Origin: an uncultured Planctomycetota bacterium
GTDB lineage: Bacteria; Planctomycetota; Planctomycetia; Isosphaerales; Isosphaeraceae
DNA: 64,000 bases
NCBI GenBank assembly: GCA_963737655.1
Contig: CAVTTN010000002.1
Coordinates: forward strand, 6,560,001 to 6,624,000
Direction: 5' to 3'
The first letter of the stretch is position 1, and each line of letters opens with the position of its first letter. A model generated the notes under the pieces. The model made no database searches. It was not told where the DNA came from and worked only from the letters and a program-made list of their open reading frames with translations. The position numbers were made by a program, and so were the translations under genes. Shown one piece after another: positions 9,713 through 19,365 of the stretch.

Positions 9713-11230
9713 CGGGTCACGCGGTAACATTCGTAGTCGGGAAGGCCGGCGAGACGAACCGGCCGCTGACGAGGATCGATCAGGCCCAGCGCTTCCAGGA
9801 CGATCAGGTCCGAGCCGAACCCGGCCACCGGGCCGAGCCTCTTGAGCGGGAACGCGACGAACTGGCAGTCCTTCGGGATCGCGCCGAGGAGCTGATCACG
9901 CGACGCCGGATACCCCGCCTCGCCCCGTTCCCAGGCCGAGAAGAGATGATGGGTCGGACGCCCCTCGGCCGCGAGATGGGCGCCGGGATGCCAGGGGAAA
10001 TAGACCTCGCCGGGCCGTCTACGGAGATAACTCGCCTCGGCATCGACCGGCCGGAGCTTCCCCAGGATGCGGACCTCCTCGGCCAGCCGGGCGGTCCCGG
10101 CGAGGCAGAGGGCCGTCAGGACGGCCGAAGCGCGGAGCCTCAACCCGGCTTGAGTCGACTCGGCGCTCACGGATCGGGCAGCCAGGGCGAGGAGAAGCGG
10201 GTAAAGGGCGGGGCTGAAGCTGTTCACGTCGCCAGCCTGTTTCACCCGGCCGAGCACGGCCATCGGCACCATCGCCAGGGCGACGAGGGCGAAGCTCGTC
10301 CCGAGCCGGTCGAGGGCTCGTCGCGAAAAGGCGCGAGTTCCAATCACCAGGAGAGTCCCGATCGCGATCGGCAGGCCCTGGATCGCCAGCTCGACGGCCA
10401 CTCCGAGAACGTTGCCCGGCAGTCGCCCTCGCCAGGGCACCCCTCCGGGGATCCGGACCACGTTCAGGACGAGGTCGGACGGATCGGCGATCGCCAGGAC
10501 TCCCAGGAGAACGACCCCCCCGGCGACGGCCAGCATCCATGCTCGACGGAACGCCTCGCGAGGACCGTCGAGGACGAACGAAGCCGCGATCAAGGCCAGA
10601 GGCAGCGGGGCGAGCGTCTGTTTCGAGGCGAGAGCGAGGGCACAGAGGATCGCCGAGGTTCCCGGCCGGCCCCTGGGCTTTGCGCCCGACCAGATCGCCA
10701 GCCCCATCAGGCCCAGGGCGGGTGCGTCGGCGTGGAGAAACGTGGTCGAGTAGCGGAGCGGAGGGGACGCGACCATCGCGAACGTCCCGAGGGCCAGGAT
10801 CGCCGCGTTCCAGGCTCGCGAGGCGGCCCGTCCGGCGGTTCTGACGGTCGCGACCAGGGGAATCCAGGCGACGACGAAGCCCAGGAATCGGCCGAGGATC
10901 GAGGCGAGGCCGGGGTCTCCCGCCAGGGCCGCCGGGACGAACGCGAGCATCCCGACCGGGCCATACATGGTGCTCAGGATCGGGCCGTCCCGCCTTCCCG
11001 CATAGAGAGGGAAGCCCCGGACGGCCGCCATCGCCGGGGCAATCCTCACGGTGTCCCACGGGCTGAAGGGCGCCTCCAGGGCTCCGACGATGACCAGGCC
11101 GACGAGGACGCCGGCAGACGCGAGACTGGCCGCGATCAGCCAGCGAGCCGAGCGCCTCCGAACCCCTCGCTAGCCTCCGACCGAGGAGGGCGAGGCCGAG
11201 GAGTCCCGCCGAGAGGACCGCCAGGATCAT
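9709..11230 (-). CDS. Polytopic membrane protein, GT-C-like (frameshift near 11150)
   Basis: GFPLY..STMYGP, HADAPAL, ALASKQT; the N-terminal TM segment MILAVLSAGLLG lies in another frame. Confidence 0.65.
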
Positions 11231-11252
11231 CGTCGGCCCTCCTTCCGGGAGA

Positions 11253-12170
11253 TCACGAGCGTCGCCAGGACAGATCGACTCGCCGGCCGTCTTGCCTTCG
11301 GTCCCCTCCGATGCAGCGAAGCTCCAGCTCGGCCCCGTCGGGCCGAGGCCGGAAGACGACCCAGCCCAACGGCTGTTTGGGGAGGAACCGATAGCCGATT
11401 GCCGGCAGGTTCACCGCGTGGAGATCCCCGATCTTGCGGACGTTCCAGACGTGGGTATGGCCGAAGAACACGGCCTTGGCCTGCCTCCGAGGCGCGAGGA
11501 CGTCGAGGAGGCCGGCGGTATCCTTCAACGCCGAATCGCTCTGGGCGTTCAGGTTGTGATGGACGAAGACGACGGCCGGCGTCTGGGGATGGTCGTCCAG
11601 CTCCCGGGCGACCCAGGCGATCTGGTCGTCGCCAAGCCTCCCGGCCGTCACGTTCACGCCGTTCTGCGAGTCGAGCAGGAGGAAGCGGAGGCCGGGACCC
11701 TCGACGACCGAGGCGGCCTTCGCCTCGGGACCGATGCGAGGGCGGTCGGGCAGGGCGGCCAGGACGTGATCCCGGTCGTCGTGGTTGCCCAACGTCATGT
11801 GGACCGGCAGACCCTGGCGCCGGAGCGGGTCGAGGACTCCGAGCAGCGTGGCATAGTCCCCGGGCTCGCCGTGGTGGAAGGCGAGATCGCCGTCGATCAG
11901 GACGCCCTGCGGCGGGTCGTCGCCGTGAAGGATGTCGGCGACGACCGCCTGGAGGTTGTCGGCCATGACCTCGCCGCGGAGCCGGGCGGAGGGGTCGCTC
12001 GCCACGTGGGGATCGGAGAGGAAGGCAAACCAACCGTCCGCGTTCCCCCGAGAGCCGGCGCGGTGCGAGCACCCCATCACGGCGGAGGCGCCGAGCGAGG
12101 CCATCGCGAGCAGGGCCCGGCGGCGGTCGAGGATCAGGGGAGGACCGTCGGGCCCGATGGCGATCGGCAT
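11253..12170 (-). CDS. Calcineurin-like metallophosphoesterase (CpdA/Icc-like), Tat/lipoprotein signal
   Basis: SDPH, DGDLA, LGNHD, VHH, FGHTH; RRRALL...AVMGC. Confidence 0.9.
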   Translation of the reverse strand: MPIAIGPDGPPLILDRRRALLAMASLGASAVMGCSHRAGSRGNADGWFAFLSDPHVASDPSARLRGEVMADNLQAVVADILHGDDPPQGVLIDGDLAFHHGEPGDYATLLGVLDPLRRQGLPVHMTLGNHDDRDHVLAALPDRPRIGPEAKAASVVEGPGLRFLLLDSQNGVNVTAGRLGDDQIAWVARELDDHPQTPAVVFVHHNLNAQSDSALKDTAGLLDVLAPRRQAKAVFFGHTHVWNVRKIGDLHAVNLPAIGYRFLPKQPLGWVVFRPRPDGAELELRCIGGDRRQDGRRVDLSWRRS

Positions 12171-12334
12171 GGCTCGCCCTCCGTGGCGGCCGGACGACCC
12201 GCGAGGGTCGAGCCGGGGATTCCCCGGGTTATACCGGAATCCCCACCGCGATCAATCCCAGCCGGGTGGGTTCCGGGGCGAGCGAGTCGGATCGGAGCCT
12301 CCCGTCACGACCCACGCCCCGGACTGGCCCGAGG

Positions 12335-12859
12335 TCAGGCCGAAGCAGGCTCGGGGACCGCCGGCGGATCGAGGCGCTTCGGGTGGAGGCTCTTCCTCAT
12401 GCGGTTCCTTGCGGCGAGACCGATCAGCCCGGCGGCGATCAGGGTGAGGGAGGCCGGCTCGGGGATGCGAACGTTGCGGCCGGAGTCGGCGTCCGAGGCG
12501 ATCTCGGGGTCCGCGAACGGGTGCGTCGGGACCGGCGATCCGGCTTCAGTCCGGGCCAAAGCGTCCGGAACCAGGATCGGTAACGCCGACCTGGGCGTTT
12601 CGGACGCCCCGACCGCGACCGGGGACAGGCGATCGGCGAGTGACTCTCCCTCGACGGACCTCCGGGCAATCTCGCGAGTCAGGGCCGACGGGTCGGCCGC
12701 GACTCCTGGCAACCCTCCCGAGCCAGGCCCGACCTCCGGCGTCTTCACCGAGCCGGCCAGGGGATCGGCCCCTGCCATCGCATCCCCTCGGCAGCTCGCA
12801 AGGCAGGTCATGGACGCAAACAGCACAGCCAGGACGAGTTCCGGTCGTCGAGTGGCCAT
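12335..12859 (-). CDS. PEP-CTERM domain protein
   Basis: IPEPASLTLIAAGLIGLAARNRMRK; N-terminal signal. Confidence 0.75.
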   Translation of the reverse strand: MATRRPELVLAVLFASMTCLASCRGDAMAGADPLAGSVKTPEVGPGSGGLPGVAADPSALTREIARRSVEGESLADRLSPVAVGASETPRSALPILVPDALARTEAGSPVPTHPFADPEIASDADSGRNVRIPEPASLTLIAAGLIGLAARNRMRKSLHPKRLDPPAVPEPASA

Positions 12860-13195
12860 CGGGTCGCCTCTTCGGTGGAATCGTGCAGTCCAGGTGGGTC
12901 GGCCGTCCGGCCTGGCCCCCGAGGATGGAACCCCGCCGGCGCGTTCCCGGAGTGGCCCAGGGACGCCGGAGGACGGGATTCGGGCTTATTCTCTCCTCCC
13001 GGCACGATTCCCGCCACAGAACTCGGCGGCTCGATGCATTCCTGCAACATCCCCACCGCGTCGCGGCGCTTATTCAAGAAATCCTCACCGTTTTCTCCCC
13101 GCGATCGCGCTTAAACGAACAAAGTCAACGATTTCCAGACTCGCAAGCACCGCTGGAGTGAGATCGGTGGTCCCGGGGTCGCGGCCTCGACCGGC

Positions 13196-13795
13196 TCAGA
13201 GGTTCACTCCAGGATCGTCCTTGGTCGCCGAGTCGATCGCGGTCAACTGGTGGAGGGCCTCGGCGAAGAGGTCGAAGAGGCCCTTCAGCCGGCCGACTTC
13301 CTTGACGACCCCGCCGGCCTGGAAGTACAGCTCGTCCACGCCGTCAGGAAACCGGGTGTGGAACCAGCCCTCGTCGTCCTTGACCTGGAGCGCGAGATGC
13401 GGCTGGGCCCGGATCAGGCTTCGAAGCCTCGGGTTGGCGAAGAACGCGATGACCCGCTCCGGGTCGTTCCCCTGGAGGATGAACGCCTCGTCGAACTCGG
13501 GGTCGCCGATCTCGATGTCGTGGAACCCGAGGAGCTTCGCCACCGGCGTGAGGACGTGGGCGGGGCGGACGCTGAAGCGGAAGCCGCCGGGGTTCACGAA
13601 GGGCGACCGCATCCTCGTGTACGTGTGCGAGGACTTGCCGGTGGAGACGACGAAGGTATCCAGGGTGATGGTCCACGGGCCGACGTGGGCCTGGACCTTG
13701 CTCCCGGACCAGAAGCCCCCGGCCACGAAGTCGGCGCCGATCTGGTCGGCGAGGGTCCGCCACATCTCATCCTTGCTCGGCCCGAACCACCCCAT
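13196..13795 (-). CDS. Conserved hypothetical protein (DUF3137-like)
   Basis: Strong codon bias, GGAGG RBS, DIEIGDPEFDEAF motif. Confidence 0.7.
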   Translation of the reverse strand: MGWFGPSKDEMWRTLADQIGADFVAGGFWSGSKVQAHVGPWTITLDTFVVSTGKSSHTYTRMRSPFVNPGGFRFSVRPAHVLTPVAKLLGFHDIEIGDPEFDEAFILQGNDPERVIAFFANPRLRSLIRAQPHLALQVKDDEGWFHTRFPDGVDELYFQAGGVVKEVGRLKGLFDLFAEALHQLTAIDSATKDDPGVNL

Positions 13796-13825
13796 GACCT
13801 GCCTCCCTCCCGAAGAATTGTGGGG

Positions 13826-14497
13826 TCATTCGTCGGCCGAGCCGGGATCTTGACGGCGATAGACCAGGCGATTGCCGAGTTTCGCCCCGGCCTCGGCGGC
13901 TCCCGAGAGCCTCAAACAATACGCGATCTTCTGCGCGAAGCCGACCGGGCGTCCCAGAGCATCGGCCAGGTCGAGGGTGGTGAACGGGGAGGGCAGGGGG
14001 GCGGGGATCAGCTTCCAGAGGTCGGAGGCCCGTGCGAGGGAGACGCATTCGCGGTCTCCCCGAAGCCGGCGATCGACCACGCGATAGCCCGGTCGCCGAC
14101 GGCGAGGAATCCGCACCTCCTCGGCCTCCACGCCCATCACGTCGATCGTGAGGTTCTCGTGCGGGAAGATCCGGGCGAGGCCGACGAGGTCCTCGAACAC
14201 GTCGAGCAACGCCCCCCGCTTCGGGCTCAACCGGGACGAGAGGTCCGGGCCGTCGGGGCGATCCCGGCGGACGATCCGACGGGCCAGGACCACGGGCTTG
14301 ACCACCCGGACCCGGTGCTCGGCCAACAACCGCGAAAGCTTGCGACGAAGAGGCCCGAGGGCGCCGGACTGGACCTCGATCAGCCCGCCGGAGGCGTCCA
14401 CGGCGTCGATCCGGAACCCTTCGAGCGAGACCTCCGAGCGTCCTCCTCGATCGGCGCCGAAACGCTCTTTCAACTCGCGGTGCAGGGCGGTTTCCAT
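13826..14497 (-). CDS. Hypothetical protein with PD-(D/E)XK-like nuclease motif
   Basis: METALHRELK...EV..GFRIDAV....LIEVQ; C-terminal HTH-like segment. Confidence 0.6.
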   Translation of the reverse strand: METALHRELKERFGADRGGRSEVSLEGFRIDAVDASGGLIEVQSGALGPLRRKLSRLLAEHRVRVVKPVVLARRIVRRDRPDGPDLSSRLSPKRGALLDVFEDLVGLARIFPHENLTIDVMGVEAEEVRIPRRRRPGYRVVDRRLRGDRECVSLARASDLWKLIPAPLPSPFTTLDLADALGRPVGFAQKIAYCLRLSGAAEAGAKLGNRLVYRRQDPGSADE

Positions 14498-14572
14498 CCC
14501 CGTCCTCCTTGTTGGGTGGCATGCTCGCGCCGTCGTGAGCATGCCGCTCGACCCTCCACGAGGGACGGGCGA

Positions 14573-15187
14573 CTAACCTTCGATCTCGGGGAGCTCGGTG
14601 ACTTCGGGATGATACGGGTCGAGCGGCTCGACGCCGAGGTCTCGGATCGCGGTCAGGGCGAGGAACGGGATGGCCCGACCGGCGAACGCTTCGGAGGCCC
14701 CTTCGAGGCGGTCGAGCATGGAGATCACGCAGGCGACGCGGCCTCCCATCGCCTCGACGGCGTCCACCGCCTTGAGTGCGGAGCCTCCCGTGGTGGTCAC
14801 GTCCTCGACCACGGCCACGACGTCTCCCGCCTCGACCGGCCCTTCCACCAACCGGCCGGTGCCGTGCCCCTTGGCCTCCTTGCGGACGAGGAACCCTCGG
14901 AGGCCTCCCCAGCCTCGCGAGGGGGCGAGCGCCAGGGTCGCGCCGACGATCGGGTCGGCCCCCATCGTCAGCCCGCCGACGGCCGAGACCTCGGGCCACC
15001 CGGCCAGGGCGGCGAGGACCCCTTCGGCCACCGCCTCCGCCCCCTCGGCCGAGAGCGTGACCTTCCGGCCATCGACGTAATAGTGGGACGTCCGCCCGCT
15101 GGACAGCGTGAACTGGCCCGTTCGCAGGGCGTCGCGGGTCAGGAGGGCGACGAGCCGCCCGCGGTCGAACTTCACCGAACCGTCCAT
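14573..15187 (-). CDS. pyrE: Orotate phosphoribosyltransferase
   Basis: FTLSSGRTSHYYVD, GGLTMGADP, VRKEAKGHG, VEDVTTTGGS. Confidence 0.96.
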   Translation of the reverse strand: MDGSVKFDRGRLVALLTRDALRTGQFTLSSGRTSHYYVDGRKVTLSAEGAEAVAEGVLAALAGWPEVSAVGGLTMGADPIVGATLALAPSRGWGGLRGFLVRKEAKGHGTGRLVEGPVEAGDVVAVVEDVTTTGGSALKAVDAVEAMGGRVACVISMLDRLEGASEAFAGRAIPFLALTAIRDLGVEPLDPYHPEVTELPEIEG

Positions 15188-15273
15188 CGCCCGAGGCCCC
15201 TTCGGAGGTCGAACCCGGAGGGCGGAACCGCCCCTCGGGGCCGGTCAGGCTAGCATACGGGGCCGGCGGATCG

Positions 15274-15585
15274 CTAGCGGACGTCGTATTCCGTTTCCCC
15301 GCCGGTCGGCTCGAGCTCGATCTCCGCCGGGCGGTCCCGGAGCCTCCTGGGGACGAAGCTCAGAAGGCCTCGCCTCTCGGCGCAGGGCAGGCAGAGCTTT
15401 TCGTCCCCCCGAACGAAGACCAGCTCGCCATCGAGCAGACGGTGATAGGCCGATTCTCCGGGCGCGATCGTGTAGCAGAACGTCCGGTCGCTGCCGACCT
15501 TCACCTCGATCCGCCAGCCCGGCTCTCGAAGGAAGACGCGGGGCATGGGGGGCTCGGCGTCGTAGCTCCTCGGGTCGTCCGTCAT
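15274..15585 (-). CDS. Small hypothetical protein (CxxC)
   Basis: ATGA-coupled to the HTTM gene; MTDDPRSY...KLCLPCAERRG. Confidence 0.7.
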   Translation of the reverse strand: MTDDPRSYDAEPPMPRVFLREPGWRIEVKVGSDRTFCYTIAPGESAYHRLLDGELVFVRGDEKLCLPCAERRGLLSFVPRRLRDRPAEIELEPTGGETEYDVR

Positions 15586-16619
15586 CGGTGGGGCCTCCGA
15601 GAGGGGGACGCCGGCCGAAGGTCGACCGGCCCTTCCCCCGATTGTACGGCCTCCGTCCGCTTCGGGCCACGATCGCGGACGAATGAGAGGGCCCGATCGA
15701 TCGTCGATGCCGAGACGAACGCGAGGTTCCCCGCCAGCATCGCCAGGGAGAACTCGGTGAGCCCCAACGTCAGGGCGATTCCGAGGTGCATCGCCACGGC
15801 GCCGGCCAGGACCCAGGGCCTCAGAGGGCGGACCCAGATCAGGACGGGATAGGCGAGGCTCGGCGAAGACGGTCAGGTGAGACCCCAGGTTCAGGAGCGC
15901 CTCGCCACCCGGGACGCCCAGCAGGGGAGTCAGGTCCACCGGCCGGAATTCGCTGATCGCCAGGAGCTTGATCAGGGCCGAGCCGTCCCACCACGAGCCC
16001 CCCGGAGCTTCGCCAGTCCGGCGAACGCATAGATCAGGCAGAGATGCAACTGGATCAGCCGCAATCCGAGGTTCGCCGAGACGGTCGGCTCGACGGGTCG
16101 GCCCCGGCCGAACAATCGGCGGTCGAGCGAGAACGCCCGCCCTCCGGCGCCGGTCACCGCGAGGCAGAACGCCCAGGTGGCGACCATCCCGTCGAAGCCG
16201 AAGACCATCATCGGCGCCCGGCGGACCGTGGAGACGGCGATCATCCAGGCCAGGGGCATGGTGACCGGGCTGAACAGGCCGAGGGTCATCAGCACCACGA
16301 TCGCCATCGCCGCGACCCAGGCCGCCCGCAGCCCGCCGTCCGGCACGGCCGACCAGATCGACCAGATCCACGGTTCCGGGTTCTGCGGGCTCCGGGCGTG
16401 GAACCGGACGGCGTCCGGGTCGGCCCAGCCGTCGGAGCCGAGATAGGCGTGGAGGTCGGCGCCGAGCCACCCCAGGCTCCAGAGCAGGAGCAGGCCGGTG
16501 GCGATTCGGATCAGGGCCAGAGGTCGGGGGTCGGCCGGGGTGAAGAAGAAGCGGTCCCAGGCCCTCGCCGCGGCGATCGGACCGGCCGGACGGCTCGGGT
16601 CGGTCAGCGATCCGGGCAT
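15582..16619 (-). CDS. HTTM-domain protein (SdpB / vitamin-K-dependent carboxylase-related); two frameshifts (~16000, ~15858)
   Basis: WDRFFFTPADPRPLALIRI, QLHLCLIYAFAGLAKL-GGSWWDG, AMHLGIALTLGLTEFS assembled across three frames. Confidence 0.82.
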
Positions 16620-17215
16620 GGGAAGTCTCCGATCACGAGGAACGGCGTGAAGAACTCGTCCGCGTCCACGTCCAGCTTCCCGCCCGCTGCCAGGAGCCTC
16701 TCGGGAGGAGGGATCACGTGTGCTCGGATCTTCAACGTGACCGAGGACGCCCCGGGATGGGTCCGGCAGAGGTGCCGGGCATACGACCGCGCCCAGACGC
16801 TCGCCTCGGAGCCGACCCCGGACTCGCGAGCGGCCTGGACGTCCCCCGTGAGGTGGTAGGCCAGGGCGAGCTGCCTTTGATAGAGGATGCGGGGGCGGGC
16901 TGACGGGTCGGGGATGAGCACCGTCTTGCTCGGTTGCCCGTCCCGGAACTGGATCTCGGCCGTCGCCACGGGCGTCCCGCCGATATCGCCATAGTAGCGA
17001 TGCGATTGGCGGAGGTCGGTCAACTCATAATAACGCCGGAATGCCGCCGCCGCCCTTTGCTCCAGAGGGGACGAGGGGGGATCGGCCAGCCCGGCGAGGA
17101 CCACGGCCGCCAGGTGATAGGCCAACGCGCCGGAGACGATCCACCGGGCCCATCCCGGCCAGGTCCGCCCGGACGGAAGGGGCGTCGGCACTTCGTTTGC
17201 GGGAAAAGCCGGCAC
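16604..17215 (-). CDS. HTTM partner protein (SdpA/DUF5819-like), single TM
   Basis: TM with YHLAAV, RILYQRQLALA, ARSYARHLC; overlaps the HTTM start; typical position upstream of HTTM genes. Confidence 0.6.
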   Translation of the reverse strand: MPAFPANEVPTPLPSGRTWPGWARWIVSGALAYHLAAVVLAGLADPPSSPLEQRAAAAFRRYYELTDLRQSHRYYGDIGGTPVATAEIQFRDGQPSKTVLIPDPSARPRILYQRQLALAYHLTGDVQAARESGVGSEASVWARSYARHLCRTHPGASSVTLKIRAHVIPPPERLLAAGGKLDVDADEFFTPFLVIGDFPCPDR

Positions 17216-17543
17216 GATTTGCCCCTCTTAACCAATTTTTGTATTTAGACAGGTCGGCGCAAGTGGTTCAGCCTATGATCGGCCCGGCGCCAGTCTCCCC
17301 GGGAAAGTTATCACAAATCCCCGGGTCGTGTTTGTTTCCACTATCTTGCCAAATTATCTTGCCAGAGAATCGGTCGGGTTTTAGAATCTCCGTGACACGG
17401 GCAGAGAATTCCGATCAGGGCAACGCGGGGGCCTGGAGGGGTCGGGCGACCGTTGCGGTCCTCCGAGCCGACCGGGCGACCCGATGACAACTTCGGTCCG
17501 GTGGTTGCCTTCCCGTCTTGAACGCGCACCTGGAGGTCTGGAC

Positions 17544-18242
17544 ATGCAGGGAACGATCGCGATGCTGATGGCCCTGGGCGGGCTGGGCTGCCACCACAAG
17601 GCGTGCACCCCGGTCACCTACGAGCCGGCCTGCTACTCGAGCTGCTACAGCGGCAGCGCCTGCTACGGCGGGTCGTGCTATGGCGGCGTGGCGTACGAGA
17701 CGGGCTGCTATAGCTCGGGCTACGGCGGCGCTTGCTACAGCACCAGCTATGGCTCGTGCTACACCGGCGCTTGCTACGGCGGCGCTTGCTACGGCGGCGG
17801 CTGCTACGGCGGGGCCTGCTACGGCGGAGGCGGTGGTGGCTGCGGCCTCTTTGGCCACCGTCGCGGTGGCGGGCTGTTCGGCGGCCTCTGCCACAAGAGG
17901 CAGGCCGTGGCGTGCTGCTCGCTCGGGACGCCGGTGTATGAGTCGTGCTACGGCGCCCCCGTGTTTGGCAGCTACACCCCGGCGTTCGCCACCTCCTACG
18001 CCAGCGGCCAGATGATCTCGCCGTCGTCGCAGGGCGGCTCGATGGCCGCTCCCCAGGGCTCGGGGATGATGATGGGTCCGGCGCCCGCCCCGGCCCCGAC
18101 GCCCGCCCCGGCTCCGACCCCCGCTCCGGAGGTCCCGACCCCGGCGCCCGCCCCGGCCCCCGCTCCGGGCGACACCCCGCCGCCGGCCCCGACCCCGGCG
18201 CCCGCTCCGGCGCCCGCTCCGGGAACGCCCCCGGGCTTCTGA
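17544..18242 (+). CDS. Exported Cys/Tyr/Gly-repeat protein with Pro-Ala-Thr tail
   Basis: GGAGGT RBS; MQGTIAMLMALGGLGC; 12 CY motifs, 18 Cys; (PA/PT)n C-terminus; own terminator. Confidence 0.85.
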   Translation: MQGTIAMLMALGGLGCHHKACTPVTYEPACYSSCYSGSACYGGSCYGGVAYETGCYSSGYGGACYSTSYGSCYTGACYGGACYGGGCYGGACYGGGGGGCGLFGHRRGGGLFGGLCHKRQAVACCSLGTPVYESCYGAPVFGSYTPAFATSYASGQMISPSSQGGSMAAPQGSGMMMGPAPAPAPTPAPAPTPAPEVPTPAPAPAPAPGDTPPPAPTPAPAPAPAPGTPPGF

Positions 18243-18267
18243 GCTCGCGGTAATCGGCTCTCTTCGC

Positions 18268-18318
18268 GGCCCGTCGCGCCTCGCTTGACCCCGAGGCGCG
18301 GCGGGCCGTTTCTCGTTT
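18268..18318 (+). terminator. Rho-independent terminator
   Basis: GGCCCGTCGCGCCTCG / CGAGGCGCGGCGGGCC stem followed by TTTCTCGTTT. Confidence 0.7.
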
Positions 18319-18436
18319 CCCGGATCAGGTCTGTGGTTTCTCTCTGCGACCGAGGGCCCGTCTCGCCTTCCGGCACGGAGCGGGTTGATTTATAATCCCG
18401 CCGACGTCCACCCCGCCTCAGGAGGAGACCCCCGCG

Positions 18437-19315
18437 ATGGATGCGCTCGCTCACTCGATCGAATCGGCCCCGATGTACTCGGACATGGACCCCTCGAACC
18501 TCCCGGCCGACGAGACCGAACGGCGGGAATTCCTCCTTCGCCTCCTGGGCGAGCCTCTTTGCCGGAAGCTGGGAATCTACCGAGTGCCCGACGACCTCAC
18601 GCTCTCCGTCGTGATCCCGGTGTATAACGAGGTCCACACCCTGGCCGAGATCCTCCGCCAGGTCCGAGCCGTCCCGATCAACAAGCAGATCATCCTCGTC
18701 GATGATTGCTCCAGGGACGGCACCACCGACCTCCTCCGCCAGTGGGAGAAGACCGAGACCGACCTGACCATCGCCTTCCACCCCAAGAATCGAGGCAAGG
18801 GGGCCGCCCTGAGGACCGGATTCGCCCTCGCCCGGGGGCAGATCGTGATCGTCCAGGACGCGGACCTCGAATACGACCCGTCGGAATACCCCGGGCTGAT
18901 CCAGCCGATCCTGGAAGGCAAGGCGGACGTCGTCTACGGCTCGCGGTTCATCGGCGAGAAGCACCGGGTCCTGTTCTACTGGCACAGCCTGGCGAACAAG
19001 TTCCTGACGCACCTCTCGAACATGTTCACCAACCTGAACCTCACGGACATGGAGGTCTGCTACAAGGTCTTCCGCCGCGAGGTCATCCAGGGGATCACGC
19101 TCAAGAGCAACCGATTCGGGTTCGAGCCCGAGGTCACGGCCAAGATGGCCAGGTTCCACCTCCCCGAGACCGACGGCCGACCGGCGAGGCGCTGCCGGGT
19201 CTACGAGATGCCGGTCAGCTACAACGGCCGGGACTACAAGGAAGGCAAGAAGATCGGCTGGAAGGACGGAGTCCAGGCGCTTTACTGCATCGTCCGGTAC
19301 GCCCTGGCGGACTGA
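18437..19315 (+). CDS. GT2 glycosyltransferase (polyprenol-phosphate sugar synthase, DPM1-like)
   Basis: [43 protein letters not shown]. Confidence 0.92.
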   Translation: MDALAHSIESAPMYSDMDPSNLPADETERREFLLRLLGEPLCRKLGIYRVPDDLTLSVVIPVYNEVHTLAEILRQVRAVPINKQIILVDDCSRDGTTDLLRQWEKTETDLTIAFHPKNRGKGAALRTGFALARGQIVIVQDADLEYDPSEYPGLIQPILEGKADVVYGSRFIGEKHRVLFYWHSLANKFLTHLSNMFTNLNLTDMEVCYKVFRREVIQGITLKSNRFGFEPEVTAKMARFHLPETDGRPARRCRVYEMPVSYNGRDYKEGKKIGWKDGVQALYCIVRYALAD

Positions 19316-19365
19316 GACACGAAGGGCGCGGCCGGGAGACCCTCCTCAACGAAGGCAGGCCCCTC

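Noticed and set aside
17216..17543. oriC candidate in the AT-rich spacer
   Set aside because: Only TTATCACAA, no canonical TTATCCACA boxes, and no dnaA/dnaN nearby.
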